The notes under the pieces were generated by a model that made no database searches, was not told the origin of the DNA, and saw only the letters and a program-made list of their open reading frames with translations. A program made the translations under genes and the position numbers. Below, one piece after another: positions 37,319 through 46,496 of a DNA stretch of 64,000 nt; within the stretch, counting starts at the first letter, position 1, and the number at the start of each line of letters is the position of its first letter. The stretch comes from Gammaproteobacteria bacterium (lineage in GTDB: Bacteria > Pseudomonadota > Gammaproteobacteria > Steroidobacterales > JBCCMA01), in contig JBGCEL010000022.1 in the NCBI GenBank assembly GCA_045106455.1, positions 13,422-77,421 on the forward strand. Reading direction: 5' to 3'.

Positions 37319-38572
37319 TCAGCTGCCGGGTACGATAGAGTGGAGCTGTCCCGACGTGTAGTCGAGCAAGAGCAATTCACCGTCGATGCCCTCGGCAAAC
37401 GACGAAATATTGAAACTCGTATCCAGTAGTTCGATGGCCTCAGTGCCAGCGACAGGCGCCGGCGGCAATGCAAACAGCCGGCCACTGGCGAAATCACCAA
37501 ATACGTAACGCCCCTGCAAGTCCGGCAGCACGGTGCCACGATAGACGTAGCCACCGGTTACCGAATTGCCGACATCGCGGCCGTACTCATGTACGGGATC
37601 TTTGAGGCCCGCCGTCTGACATCCATTCGCCGGCGTCTGGCAGTTGGCGCCTTCACGAATGCGCCAGCCCAGATTATCGCCAAGCTCAATACGATTTATT
37701 TCCTCGAAGCGGCCCTGACCCACATCGCCAAGCCACAGCTCGCCGTTCGTTCGATCAAAACTAAAACGCCACGGATTACGCAATCCCAGCGCGAAAATCT
37801 CCGGGCACGATGCGCCGCCAAACCCCTGTACGCAACGTGCGTTAGCGGCAAACGGATTGTCTTGCGGAATCGCATAAGGGGCGCCCTGATCCACATCAAT
37901 CCGCAAGAGTTTGCCCATCAGCGTGGTCTGAGTTTGGGCGCGATCGTTGGGGTCGTTGGATGAGCCGCCATCGCCAAAGCCGGCGTATAAAAACCCATCG
38001 GGACCAAACACAATATGGCCACCGTTGTGATTGGCAAAATCCTGCAGCACGGTCAGCACCATCGTCTCGGTAGTCAGATCAAGACTTGCGCCACCGTTTA
38101 AGCTCAGCACGCGTGACACGACAGACTCGAGCGGCGCTCCGGGGCGCGTATACGAAAAAAATACTTGGCCGTTCTGAGCAAAATTTGGATGAAACGCCAT
38201 GCCGAGTAAGCCCGCTTCCGGCGCACGATCAAAAAGCAGTGGCCCCAGATCCACAAAAATTTCACGCTGGGTCACTATTGGATCGTTATCAAATACCCAC
38301 ACCTGACCTGTGCGTTCCACCACAAACCACCGTGACGGATCGCCGGGTGCTTGCAAGGCGGCAAGCGGCTCGCTAAATGTCAGTGAGGGGAAGGCGCTTT
38401 CCACACCGATACTGACCGCGACAGGTGGTGGCACGGGCGGGGGCGTGGGCACGCCGATGCCGCTCGAGGAACCGCCGCCACCGCAAGCGCATAACAACGC
38501 GCTCAGCAGCACTGGGGTCAGGCTGCGAAACGGCATCAAGATCGTGTGAAAGGGCTTTGCGTCCATGGCCAA
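37319..38572 (-). CDS. PQQ-dependent sugar (glucose/sorbosone) dehydrogenase family lipoprotein
   Basis: Lipobox LLCAC followed by a Gly/Ser/Pro linker. The beta-propeller GSDH motifs are present (GLLGMAFHP, HNGGHIVFGPDGFLY, GLRNPWRFSFD). Confidence 0.8.
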   Translation of the reverse strand: MAMDAKPFHTILMPFRSLTPVLLSALLCACGGGGSSSGIGVPTPPPVPPPVAVSIGVESAFPSLTFSEPLAALQAPGDPSRWFVVERTGQVWVFDNDPIVTQREIFVDLGPLLFDRAPEAGLLGMAFHPNFAQNGQVFFSYTRPGAPLESVVSRVLSLNGGASLDLTTETMVLTVLQDFANHNGGHIVFGPDGFLYAGFGDGGSSNDPNDRAQTQTTLMGKLLRIDVDQGAPYAIPQDNPFAANARCVQGFGGASCPEIFALGLRNPWRFSFDRTNGELWLGDVGQGRFEEINRIELGDNLGWRIREGANCQTPANGCQTAGLKDPVHEYGRDVGNSVTGGYVYRGTVLPDLQGRYVFGDFASGRLFALPPAPVAGTEAIELLDTSFNISSFAEGIDGELLLLDYTSGQLHSIVPGS

Positions 38573-38642
38573 ATAGCCTAAAAGCCCGAGCGCGGAATGT
38601 CACCTGTTCCCGGCGGGCCGCACGCTGGCGCGGCGCTGTGGG

Positions 38643-39446
38643 TCAGTTATCCGAACAGACTTCGGGGCCAGACGGAGTAAGACGCGCATCAAACTGGCGC
38701 ACACGGCTACGCTGTGTGGTCAATTGTCCGTCAGGGCTGAGCTTGTGTTGCCAATCAATACGTTCAACCAGATCACAGCCCGCCGTTTGCCCGCCGGCAT
38801 TGGTCAGGGTGGCAAGTTGCAGCGTGTGCGACCAGCCGTCGTCGTGTTGCTCGCTCGTGCTGGCCAGAACCGCCGAGCCTGGGTTACTAAACTGACTGAA
38901 CTGCCACAAATATTCGCTAAGCTCGCGCAAACGATCGACCGCTGGTTGACGGCTGGCCAATACGCCAGCGGGTCCGGCGACCGTCCATGGATCGACACCC
39001 TCGCGATTGAGGTAGGCGCATTTAAACACCCGATGTACGAGGGTTGTGCCCGCGTTCTGGCGCACCATTTCATAGAGTTCATCGCGCTCGAGGATGGTCA
39101 CCACAACGGTGGCGGCGGGATTGGCCGTGGCAAGATCGGACCAGCGCAGTGCGTCACTCATATCGTCGGTACAAAGCTCTGAGGCCAAAGAAGCGTTGGC
39201 ATCCAAGTCCGTTGTACGCAGATGACGCAGCGTGTACGACGATCCGGAGAGCGGGCGCGGGTCGCGCTGAAACGTGGGCGGTACGCTGACATCAGGCGTG
39301 TACAGTTTGCCAATAATCAGGTCGTTGTTGAATTGAGGCTCGGTCGAGGCGGTGTCAACCGTGATGGGTAGGCTGCTTGGAGTTTCGTCGTTGCAACCGC
39401 TGGCGATCAACAGCGTGCACAGAACGAGCATTAGGCGCGGGAGCAT
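38643..39446 (-). CDS. hypothetical lipoprotein (267 aa) appended to flgM-flgN
   Basis: ATG 39446 gives MLPRLMLVLCTLLIASGC, a signal peptide plus lipobox. It starts 14 nt after the flgN stop. I recognise no family. The longer ORF to 39659 would overlap flgN. Confidence 0.6.
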   Translation of the reverse strand: MLPRLMLVLCTLLIASGCNDETPSSLPITVDTASTEPQFNNDLIIGKLYTPDVSVPPTFQRDPRPLSGSSYTLRHLRTTDLDANASLASELCTDDMSDALRWSDLATANPAATVVVTILERDELYEMVRQNAGTTLVHRVFKCAYLNREGVDPWTVAGPAGVLASRQPAVDRLRELSEYLWQFSQFSNPGSAVLASTSEQHDDGWSHTLQLATLTNAGGQTAGCDLVERIDWQHKLSPDGQLTTQRSRVRQFDARLTPSGPEVCSDN

Positions 39447-39460
39447 GTCAGCAAACGGCG

Positions 39461-39919
39461 TCAGGCGCGACCGAGGTCCTGCGAATGAGCGCCGGGCAGG
39501 GCGGCTCCACGCTGCGAGTACAGTTCGGTTTCGGTATTCGCCTGGCCGCGCAAAATGCCAAGGGCGCGGCGAACGTGACGTTGGCGATCCTGCACCAGCC
39601 GTCCATTGATGGCATTGCCTTCGCGGCATTGCTCGAGTACCGCGCAATATCGTGTCCATAGAGCAGACCCCTGCGCGTTGTCCTTTGATTGCTCGGCCGT
39701 TAATGCGGCACGCTGCTGATCCAGTCGACTAAGTTCGCCGGCCAGCTCATTTTTCCGCGCAAACACGGGCGAAAACGCTTCATGGTCCGCCCCGGCCAGA
39801 ACCTGGCGTTCCTCCTGCAAGGTCAGCAAGAGTGCGTCGGCGACACGAACGGATTGTTCGATCACCTCGTGCAAAGAAAGGTGGCCCTCTTCCGTAAGGG
39901 CCCGAGATTCAGTCACCAT
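39461..39919 (-). CDS. flgN: flagellar export chaperone FlgN
   Basis: 152-aa helical protein with the FlgN-family pattern (LLLTLQEERQVL..., NAINGRLV), located directly after flgM. Confidence 0.75.
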   Translation of the reverse strand: MVTESRALTEEGHLSLHEVIEQSVRVADALLLTLQEERQVLAGADHEAFSPVFARKNELAGELSRLDQQRAALTAEQSKDNAQGSALWTRYCAVLEQCREGNAINGRLVQDRQRHVRRALGILRGQANTETELYSQRGAALPGAHSQDLGRA

Positions 39920-39922
39920 CGT

Positions 39923-40237
39923 CTAAAATTTAGAGGGCAGTGACTGGTCCATACTCAATAGGCTGTCCGCCACACGTTGCGGATCGACCTCGTAGGTACC
40001 GTCCGAGATCTGTTGACGCACGGCATCGATACGCGACGTATCCTCTACGCTTGCCGACGCGATGGCCGACTCCAGTGACGCCAGTTGGCGAGCATTGGTG
40101 GTCACGGCGACCGTATCGGCAGCCGCAGTGGCACTTGGATTAGGCTGTGTATTGGCCTTCTCGGGAGTGCGATTGCTATCCGTGGGTCCCTTGACCTGAC
40201 GGTACGACGTAAGCGAAGAGTTAATGTTGTTAGGCAT
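39923..40237 (-). CDS. flgM: anti-sigma-28 factor FlgM
   Basis: 104 aa with a disordered N-terminus. The C-terminal IDAVRQQISDGTYEVDPQRVADSLL is the FlgM signature. A strong SD (AGGAGG) precedes the ATG. Confidence 0.82.
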   Translation of the reverse strand: MPNNINSSLTSYRQVKGPTDSNRTPEKANTQPNPSATAAADTVAVTTNARQLASLESAIASASVEDTSRIDAVRQQISDGTYEVDPQRVADSLLSMDQSLPSKF

Positions 40238-40268
40238 GGCGTAACGCCTCCTGTTTGTTGCAGGAGAT

Positions 40269-40296
40269 GTAGCGGCGGTGGAGGAAAAACCTTTAG
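40269..40296 (-). promoter_or_regulatory. sigma-28 (FliA)-type promoter for flgM
   Basis: The minus strand reads CTAAAG-GTTTTTCCTCCACC-GCCGCTAC, i.e. TAAA-N15-GCCGCTAC against consensus TAAA-N15-GCCGATAA. It lies about 30 nt upstream of the flgM ATG. Confidence 0.5.
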
Positions 40297-40377
40297 CTTT
40301 GCTGGGAAATAATTTCTGGCGAACGACAAAAGCTTGACGGATTACTCAGAAATATTCGAGAAATATCCGTTAACAAT

Positions 40378-41100
40378 CTAATATATATCGAGTTCTATGA
40401 CTCCCTGAGCGCGCACCACGCCTTCTACCACACGGCCCGATGAGTCATTTCTAGCCTGAATTCGCTGCCCAAGCGCGGCATTGGCCAGGGCCTCGCCACG
40501 CATTCGAATCGCAAGACCGTTGTTTGACACCGCCAGAGTGACACGTTCTCCACGCCGAATCGCAAATGGCGCCCGCAGCATGCTGCTGCGAATGACCTGT
40601 CCCACGGCCGACGGTTGGCGCAATATTTTCCCCACAGCCTGATCGCGTTTTTTGATCAAAACGGCGTCCGTCGCGTTGAGGGTTTTGCGCACCCATTCAA
40701 CATCATTGGCGGTCAGCCGATGGCCCGCAGGCAGGGCGCGTGTCGTGCGAGCAACCAGCGCATGGCGCGCAACGCCCACTGGCACAAATATTTTCCACCC
40801 GACCGGTGCACTACACCGGACGCCGACCACGCCGCCGCGGGTCAAGGTAGCACCGGGCGGCAGATACGCTTCCAGCGGCTCGGAGCAACGACGCAATCGC
40901 AGGCGCGGGTCGACGTCGCGTGCCGACAGAACGATGTCATGTAAGTCGGTGGCGACAATACTCTGGGCATGATCCAGCGCGCTTTGCCGGATGGTCTTTA
41001 CATCTTGCCACTCGGACGCGGCAGCCCCTTGGGCCAAAACCACACTAATCGTCAATGCCTTGACGAGTCCGTAACGGCGTTTCGGGTGACGTTTTGTCAT
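40378..41100 (-). CDS. flgA: flagellar basal-body P-ring formation chaperone FlgA
   Basis: ATG 41100 gives a signal-like N-terminus (LVKALTISVVLAQGAAA). SAF/FlgA domain at the C-terminus. Position is divergent from flgB and upstream of flgMN. Confidence 0.8.
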   Translation of the reverse strand: MTKRHPKRRYGLVKALTISVVLAQGAAASEWQDVKTIRQSALDHAQSIVATDLHDIVLSARDVDPRLRLRRCSEPLEAYLPPGATLTRGGVVGVRCSAPVGWKIFVPVGVARHALVARTTRALPAGHRLTANDVEWVRKTLNATDAVLIKKRDQAVGKILRQPSAVGQVIRSSMLRAPFAIRRGERVTLAVSNNGLAIRMRGEALANAALGQRIQARNDSSGRVVEGVVRAQGVIELDIY

Positions 41101-41180
41101 CGGTTTAGGCCTCCGTGCCCGGTTTCTGCGGATTGCAGGCAAAGGAACCTGTGTCACTCGCCCGCGTGTGAAAAACTCAA

Positions 41181-41196
41181 AGCAGATTTCATGCCA
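41181..41196 (-). promoter_or_regulatory. sigma-54 promoter (minus strand) for flgA
   Basis: The minus strand reads TGGCATGAAATCTGCT, with GG and GC at consensus spacing. It lies about 80 nt upstream of the flgA ATG. Confidence 0.5.
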
Positions 41197-41251
41197 GAAC
41201 CGATTTTGCCGGTTGAACCCTCAATACCACACCGCCTATTGACCATAACTT

Positions 41252-41300
41252 GCGGCAAGACGGCTTGCCGCTGCCTGCGCAAAGCGGCAGCGGTTTGCCG
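41252..41300. promoter_or_regulatory. paired inverted repeats GCGGCAA/TTGCCGC between divergent flagellar promoters (candidate enhancer)
   Basis: GCGGCAAG-ACGG-CTTGCCGC (41252-41271) is a perfect 8-bp inverted repeat. A second pair, GCGGCAG-CGGT-TTGCCGC, follows at 41284-41300. Confidence 0.4.
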
Positions 41301-41353
41301 CTTAACCGTGCTCGTTCGCGATGAAATAGCGATAAATCATGGGCTTAGCGTTT

Positions 41354-41369
41354 TGGCACGGGCCTTGCT
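41354..41369 (+). promoter_or_regulatory. sigma-54 promoter for flgB operon
   Basis: TGGCACGGGCCTTGCT is a perfect match to TGGCACG-N4-TTGCW. It ends 36 nt upstream of the flgB ATG. Confidence 0.72.
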
Positions 41370-41404
41370 ATGTATCCATCGAACACGTGCAGAAGGAGCT
41401 TGTC

Positions 41405-41806
41405 ATGTTCAGTTCGACGGATCGCATCTTTGGCCCTCACGCCGCCGCTTTAGGGCTGTGGGGATCACGCAATGAAATTCTCGCCTCCAACATCGCCAAT
41501 TCAGATACGCCGGGCTACAAGGCCCGCGATATGGATTTCAAAAGCGTGTTGGCCGGTACGGCCTCACCCTCACTGCGCATGCTGACCACGAACGAGCGCC
41601 ACATTACGCCGCCCGGCACCGCCATGGGTGAGGGTGATTTGCTCTATCGGGTGCCAAACCAGCCTTCTCTGGATGGCAACACGGTTGAGACGGATGTCGA
41701 GCAATCGGAGTTCGCCAGTAACGCTCTGCGCTATCAAGCGAGCTTGCGCTTTATTAACGGACGCGTTTCCACGCTGCGTGCCGCGATCGCTGGAGGTCAT
41801 CAGTAA
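41405..41806 (+). CDS. flgB: flagellar basal-body rod protein FlgB
   Basis: The internal ATG follows the SD AAGGAG. ASNIANSDTPGYKARD is the rod-protein N-terminal motif. 133 aa. Confidence 0.9.
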   Translation: MFSSTDRIFGPHAAALGLWGSRNEILASNIANSDTPGYKARDMDFKSVLAGTASPSLRMLTTNERHITPPGTAMGEGDLLYRVPNQPSLDGNTVETDVEQSEFASNALRYQASLRFINGRVSTLRAAIAGGHQ

Positions 41807-42219
41807 TGAGTCTGTACCGAATATTTGATATCGCAGGTGCCGGCATGAGTGCGCAGTCGATACGACTAAACGTCACGGCCAGCAACGTCGCCAATGCCGA
41901 TGACGTGAGCGGCAGCGCCGACACCGCCTATCGCTCGCGTCAACCGGTGTTCCAGCCCTTTCGTGATTTTATGGATGGTCCGTCGGCCCATCCCAGTGTC
42001 CGCGTCTCCGGCATCGTCGAGAGTGATGCGCCGGTGGCTTCACGCTATTCGCCGGATCACCCACTCGCCAACGACGAAGGCTACGTGTTTTCAAGCAACG
42101 TCAATGCCGTAGAGGAGATGGTCAACATGCTGTCGGCCTCGCGGTCTTATCAAAACAATGTCGAGGTGATCAACACCTCGAAAGAACTGCTGATGCGCAC
42201 CATCAGTCTTGGTCAATAG
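41806..42219 (+). CDS. flgC: flagellar basal-body rod protein FlgC
   Basis: 137 aa. MSAQSIRLNVTASNVANADD at the N-terminus and SRSYQNNVEVINTSKELLMRTISL at the C-terminus. Confidence 0.92.
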   Translation: MSLYRIFDIAGAGMSAQSIRLNVTASNVANADDVSGSADTAYRSRQPVFQPFRDFMDGPSAHPSVRVSGIVESDAPVASRYSPDHPLANDEGYVFSSNVNAVEEMVNMLSASRSYQNNVEVINTSKELLMRTISLGQ

Positions 42220-42230
42220 GAGACGCTTTC

Positions 42231-42893
42231 GTGAATACAATTGATACCAGCCTGGCGCCGCAGCTGGCGCGCCCAACCTCGGGACAGGCCGAAGGCGAGT
42301 TGGGGCAAGATGACTACCTGACCTTGATGGTGGCGCAAATTCAAAATCAGGACCCGTTTTCGCCGATGGAAAACGGTCAGTTTGTGGCCGAGCTTGCACA
42401 GTTCAGCACGGTCTCGGGCATCGAGAGCCTGAATCAGAATTTCACATCGCTGGCAGATTCAATTTCTTCGGATCAAACGCTGCAGGCCTCGGGTCTGATT
42501 GGACGCGACGTTCTTTTGAATCAGAGCACCGGCTATCGGTCTGCCGACGAGGCACTGGGCGGCGCCGTAGATATGCCAATCGCCAGCAGCAACGTTACCG
42601 TTGCGGTGCGCGATGCCTCGGGTGCCGTGGTGCGAAATATTCCGCTGGGCGCTCAGACCGCCGGGCTCGCCCGTTTCCAATGGGACGGACGCGATGCGCG
42701 CGGCGAAACCATGCCAGCCGGTCGTTACACCTTCACAGCGAACATCGATGTCGGTGGCGCGGCGCAGGCCGTGCCCGCTTTGGTGCGTTCGCGAGTGGAC
42801 AGCGTTTCGCTTGCCTCTCAAGGCGGCGGCCTGTCCCTAAATTTACCCGGCCTCGACGCTTTGCCGTTGAGTCAGATTCGGGAAATCTCATAA
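42231..42893 (+). CDS. flgD: flagellar hook assembly/capping protein FlgD
   Basis: LGQDDYLTLMVAQIQNQDPFSPM is the FlgD N-terminal motif. The C-terminus is FlgD Ig-like. GTG start after AGGAG. Confidence 0.9.
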   Translation: MNTIDTSLAPQLARPTSGQAEGELGQDDYLTLMVAQIQNQDPFSPMENGQFVAELAQFSTVSGIESLNQNFTSLADSISSDQTLQASGLIGRDVLLNQSTGYRSADEALGGAVDMPIASSNVTVAVRDASGAVVRNIPLGAQTAGLARFQWDGRDARGETMPAGRYTFTANIDVGGAAQAVPALVRSRVDSVSLASQGGGLSLNLPGLDALPLSQIREIS

Positions 42894-42924
42894 CCATCTT
42901 CAGAGCATAGTGAGGAACTAACTT

Positions 42925-44142
42925 ATGCCATTTCGTATTGCACTCAGTGGACTCAACGCGGCTTCTGCCGATTTGAGCGTCACCGCCAACAACATCGCCA
43001 ACGCGAACACTTATGGCTACAAAGAAAGCCGTGGTGAATTCGCCGAAGTCTTCGCCGCCGGTACCGCCAGTCTCAGCACATCGGTATCGGGAAGCGGGGT
43101 GCGCCTAACCGGTGTGACCCAATCGTTTTCCCAGGGCAACATTGATTTCACCAACAACGCGCTCGATCTTGCCATCGCCGGCGAGGGCTTCTTTCGTCTG
43201 AGCGACAACGGTGCGGCGATCTACTCGCGCGCCGGTAACTTCAGCCTCGATCGCGACGGTTTTCTGGTCAACCCGCAGGGTGCCAAATTGCAGGGCTTTC
43301 CGGTAGCCGATGACGACACATTCAATAGCGGTTTGCTCACCGATCTTCGCGTGGTGGTGGGCACCTCCGCACCGGGCGAGAGCACCGAGGCGGAAATTGG
43401 CGTGAACCTGCCGGCCGACGCTCCCGAACCCTCGGCGCTGGTCTTCGATCCGATCGATCCGGCATCGTATAACCACACTACCTCGACCACGGTGTACGAC
43501 TCGCTGGGCTCGCCGCACACGCAGTCCTACTACTACGTAAAGCAGCCTGCCGATAACACGTGGGAGGCCTACACCTACATTGATAATGATTTGGTTGGAC
43601 CGCCCGAAACACTGCAGTTTGCCCAAGACGGCACGCTGGCCGTACCTGCAGGTGGACTCGTGACCCTGCCGCCGTACGATCCGGCCAACGGTGCGGCGCC
43701 CATTTCGATGAACTTGTTCTATGAACAAACCACGCAGTACGGCGACTCGTTTGCCGTAAACAACTTGAACCAGGACGGTTTCACCACCGGACGCCTGTCG
43801 GGCGTCGATATCAGTAACACCGGTGTTATTTTCGCGCGCTTTACCAATGGACAGGCCTCGGCACTGGGCAAAGTAAGTATGGGTCGATTCGTGAACCCGG
43901 GCGGGCTTGATCAACGCAGCGACACCTCATGGGCCGAGTCGTTTGAAAGCGGCGGCGTGGTGCTTGGTGAGGCGGGCACATCGAGTTTTGGCTTGATCCA
44001 ATCCGGCGCACTCGAAGCCTCCAATGTCGATTTGACCGAACAACTCGTGAACATGATTACCGCGCAACGCAACTTCCAGTCGAATGCGCAGATGATCACC
44101 ACCGCGGATCAGGTCACCCAGACCGTCCTGAACATCCGCTAA
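42925..44142 (+). CDS. flgE: flagellar hook protein FlgE
   Basis: 405 aa. Starts MPFRIALSGLNAASADLSVTANNIANANTYGYK and ends LEASNVDLTEQLVNMITAQRNFQSNAQMITTADQ. Confidence 0.92.
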   Translation: MPFRIALSGLNAASADLSVTANNIANANTYGYKESRGEFAEVFAAGTASLSTSVSGSGVRLTGVTQSFSQGNIDFTNNALDLAIAGEGFFRLSDNGAAIYSRAGNFSLDRDGFLVNPQGAKLQGFPVADDDTFNSGLLTDLRVVVGTSAPGESTEAEIGVNLPADAPEPSALVFDPIDPASYNHTTSTTVYDSLGSPHTQSYYYVKQPADNTWEAYTYIDNDLVGPPETLQFAQDGTLAVPAGGLVTLPPYDPANGAAPISMNLFYEQTTQYGDSFAVNNLNQDGFTTGRLSGVDISNTGVIFARFTNGQASALGKVSMGRFVNPGGLDQRSDTSWAESFESGGVVLGEAGTSSFGLIQSGALEASNVDLTEQLVNMITAQRNFQSNAQMITTADQVTQTVLNIR

Positions 44143-44162
44143 CGTTAGGACGTAATTAAGCC

Positions 44163-44903
44163 ATGGATCGACTCGGATACATTGCCATGACTGGCGCCAC
44201 GCAAACGATGGTGGCTCAGGCTGTGGTGAGCAACAATCTCGCCAACGCCAGTACCACCGGCTTTCGCGCAGAGCTGGTGGGCGCCACCAGTGCGCCGATT
44301 TATGGCGATACACACGCCAGTCGCGTGAATGTGGTCAACAGCGGCTACGGTGCCGACTTTGCCGAAGGGGCGCTGATCAGTACGGGACGCGACCTGGATG
44401 TGGCCGTGAACGGCGAGGGGTTTATCGCCGTGCAGGCCGACGATGGTACCGAGGCGTACACGCGTGCCGGTGATCTGTTTGTCGACACCTTTGGCATCCT
44501 GCGCAATTCCGGTGGCCACGCGGTGATGGGTGATGGCGGTCCGGTGGCGATCCCGCCCAGTAACTCACTCACCATCGGCGGCGACGGCACGGTCTCCGTC
44601 GTGCCGCTTGGCCAACCTGCGAACGCGCTGGCCGTGGTCGATCGGATTCGTCTGGTCAACCCGGATACCGCTGAACTTGAGCGCGGACGCGATGGCCTGT
44701 TCCGATTGAAAGGCGGCGCGCCCGCGCAGGCGGATGCCGCGGTCACGATTGTGACCGGCGCGCTGGAGTCGAGCAACGTGAATGCCGCCGCAGCGCTGGT
44801 CAACATGATCGAACTCTCACGCATGTATGAAATGCAGGTAAAGATGATTGAAACCGCGCGTGACGATGCCGATCAGGCGGCCGCGCTCATGCGCATGCGC
44901 TAA
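44163..44903 (+). CDS. flgF: flagellar basal-body rod protein FlgF
   Basis: 246 aa with rod N- and C-terminal motifs (VSNNLANASTTGFR; LESSNVNAAAALVNMIELSRMYE). Confidence 0.9.
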   Translation: MDRLGYIAMTGATQTMVAQAVVSNNLANASTTGFRAELVGATSAPIYGDTHASRVNVVNSGYGADFAEGALISTGRDLDVAVNGEGFIAVQADDGTEAYTRAGDLFVDTFGILRNSGGHAVMGDGGPVAIPPSNSLTIGGDGTVSVVPLGQPANALAVVDRIRLVNPDTAELERGRDGLFRLKGGAPAQADAAVTIVTGALESSNVNAAAALVNMIELSRMYEMQVKMIETARDDADQAAALMRMR

Positions 44904-44907
44904 CGCG

Positions 44908-44923
44908 TGGCACACAACTTGCA
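44908..44923 (+). promoter_or_regulatory. sigma-54 promoter upstream of flgG
   Basis: TGGCACACAACTTGCA is a perfect -24/-12 match, located in the 77-nt flgF-flgG gap. Confidence 0.68.
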
Positions 44924-44980
44924 GCTTGCCGGGATAGCGAGCGCAACTGACAAAAATTTGACGACAAGGAAGACATCGTA

Positions 44981-45766
44981 ATGAACACCGCACTGTGGGC
45001 CGCCAAAACCGGCCTCGACGCTCAGCAGACTCGCATGGCCGTGATTTCCAATAATCTGGCCAACACCAACACGACTGGCTTCAAGCGCGGCCGCGCCTCG
45101 TTTGAAGATTTGCTGTATCAAAATCGCACGCAGGCTGGCGGCCAGACGTCGCAGTCCACGCGTCATCCGTCGGGCACCATGATTGGTACCGGTGTGCGCA
45201 TCGTCGCCGTGCAAAAAACGTTTGCACAAGGCACGGTCGCGCAAACCAATAACGCGCTGGATGTGGCCGTTAACGGACGGGGTTTCTTTCAGGTGCTAAC
45301 GCCCGACGGCGGTACGGCCTACACCCGTGACGGTACGTTTCAGGTGGATGAGCAGGGCCAAATGGTCACCTCAAACGGCTACCCGGTGCAGCCCGGCATC
45401 ACGATTCCGGCGGCGGCACAGAGCATTACCGTTGGCCGCGACGGCACCGTGTCGGTGCAGCTTTCGGGGCAAGCCGCGCCAACCCAGGTGGGCAACATTC
45501 AGCTTTCTGATTTTATTAACCCCGCCGGACTTGAACCGCGCGGACAAAACCTGTTTCTGGAAACCGCCGCCAGCGGCGCACCGCAGGCCGCAACGCCTGG
45601 CGTGAACGGCATCGGCCAACTCGAACAGGGAGCGCTGGAGACCTCAAACGTCAATGCCGTCGAGGAGCTGGTGTCGATGATTGAAACCCAGCGAGCGTAT
45701 GAAATGAACTCCAAGGCCATCCAGACCACCGATTCGATGCTGCAGTACGCCAGTAACAACCTGTAA
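44981..45766 (+). CDS. flgG: flagellar distal rod protein FlgG
   Basis: 261 aa with highly conserved FlgG sequence ([15 protein letters not shown] ... [27 protein letters not shown]). Confidence 0.95.
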   Translation: MNTALWAAKTGLDAQQTRMAVISNNLANTNTTGFKRGRASFEDLLYQNRTQAGGQTSQSTRHPSGTMIGTGVRIVAVQKTFAQGTVAQTNNALDVAVNGRGFFQVLTPDGGTAYTRDGTFQVDEQGQMVTSNGYPVQPGITIPAAAQSITVGRDGTVSVQLSGQAAPTQVGNIQLSDFINPAGLEPRGQNLFLETAASGAPQAATPGVNGIGQLEQGALETSNVNAVEELVSMIETQRAYEMNSKAIQTTDSMLQYASNNL

Positions 45767-45778
45767 GGAAATCGAACG

Positions 45779-46474
45779 ATGAACCAATTAAACAAGGCGT
45801 ACAGAATCACATCACTTATGACGCTGTTGATTTTGATGCTCGTGGGTTGTGGTGGTCGAGCGGTGGTCGAAGAGGATGCGCCGCCTGCGTTTTACAGCGT
45901 GCAACCCGTGCCGCCCACAGCCTCCACCAACGGCAGTTTGTTTCAGGCCAACGCCGGGTTGGCTTTGTTTAGTGATCTTCGTGCCGGCCGCGTCGGGGAC
46001 ATCCTGACCATCGTGCTGAACGAGCAAACGAACGCCACGAAGAGCTCAACGACCAGCACCTCAAAGAGCAACAGTGTCTCGTCCGCCACCGGCACCATTC
46101 TTGGCATACCGGTTACCGTAGGTGGCAACCCGATTTTTGAGAATTCCGTCGATACGTCGACAGAATTTGACGGGGAGGGCGGCGCGACACAAAGCAATCA
46201 GTTGGAAGGCAGCGTTACCGTGACGGTCGTGCAAAGGCTCGACAACGGTAATTTGGTCGTACAGGGCGAGAAGTGGCTCACGCTCAACCAAGGCAAGGAG
46301 TACGTCCGTGTCAGCGGTGTCGTACGACCCATCGACATTGAGCCCGACAACTCAATTCCCTCACAAAAAGTCGCCAATGCGCGCATCGAATACAGTGGCC
46401 GCGGTGCACTCGCCAGTGCCAATCGCATGAACTGGCTCGGTCGTTTCTTTAATTCTCCGTGGATGCCGTTTTGA
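45779..46474 (+). CDS. flgH: flagellar L-ring lipoprotein FlgH
   Basis: Lipobox LVGC. FlgH core ([14 protein letters not shown]..., [16 protein letters not shown]). Confidence 0.92.
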   Translation: MNQLNKAYRITSLMTLLILMLVGCGGRAVVEEDAPPAFYSVQPVPPTASTNGSLFQANAGLALFSDLRAGRVGDILTIVLNEQTNATKSSTTSTSKSNSVSSATGTILGIPVTVGGNPIFENSVDTSTEFDGEGGATQSNQLEGSVTVTVVQRLDNGNLVVQGEKWLTLNQGKEYVRVSGVVRPIDIEPDNSIPSQKVANARIEYSGRGALASANRMNWLGRFFNSPWMPF

Positions 46475-46496
46475 TCCACACCGCAGGACAAACCCT

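Noticed and set aside
39447-39659. Upstream extension of the lipoprotein ORF to 39659 (338 aa).
   Set aside because: It would overlap about 200 nt of flgN. The internal ATG at 39446 yields a canonical signal peptide and lipobox.
43105-43914. 269-aa antisense ORF opposite flgE (a similar one lies at 49727-50455 opposite flgK).
   Set aside because: These are shadow ORFs inside highly conserved flagellar genes, with no start-site signals.
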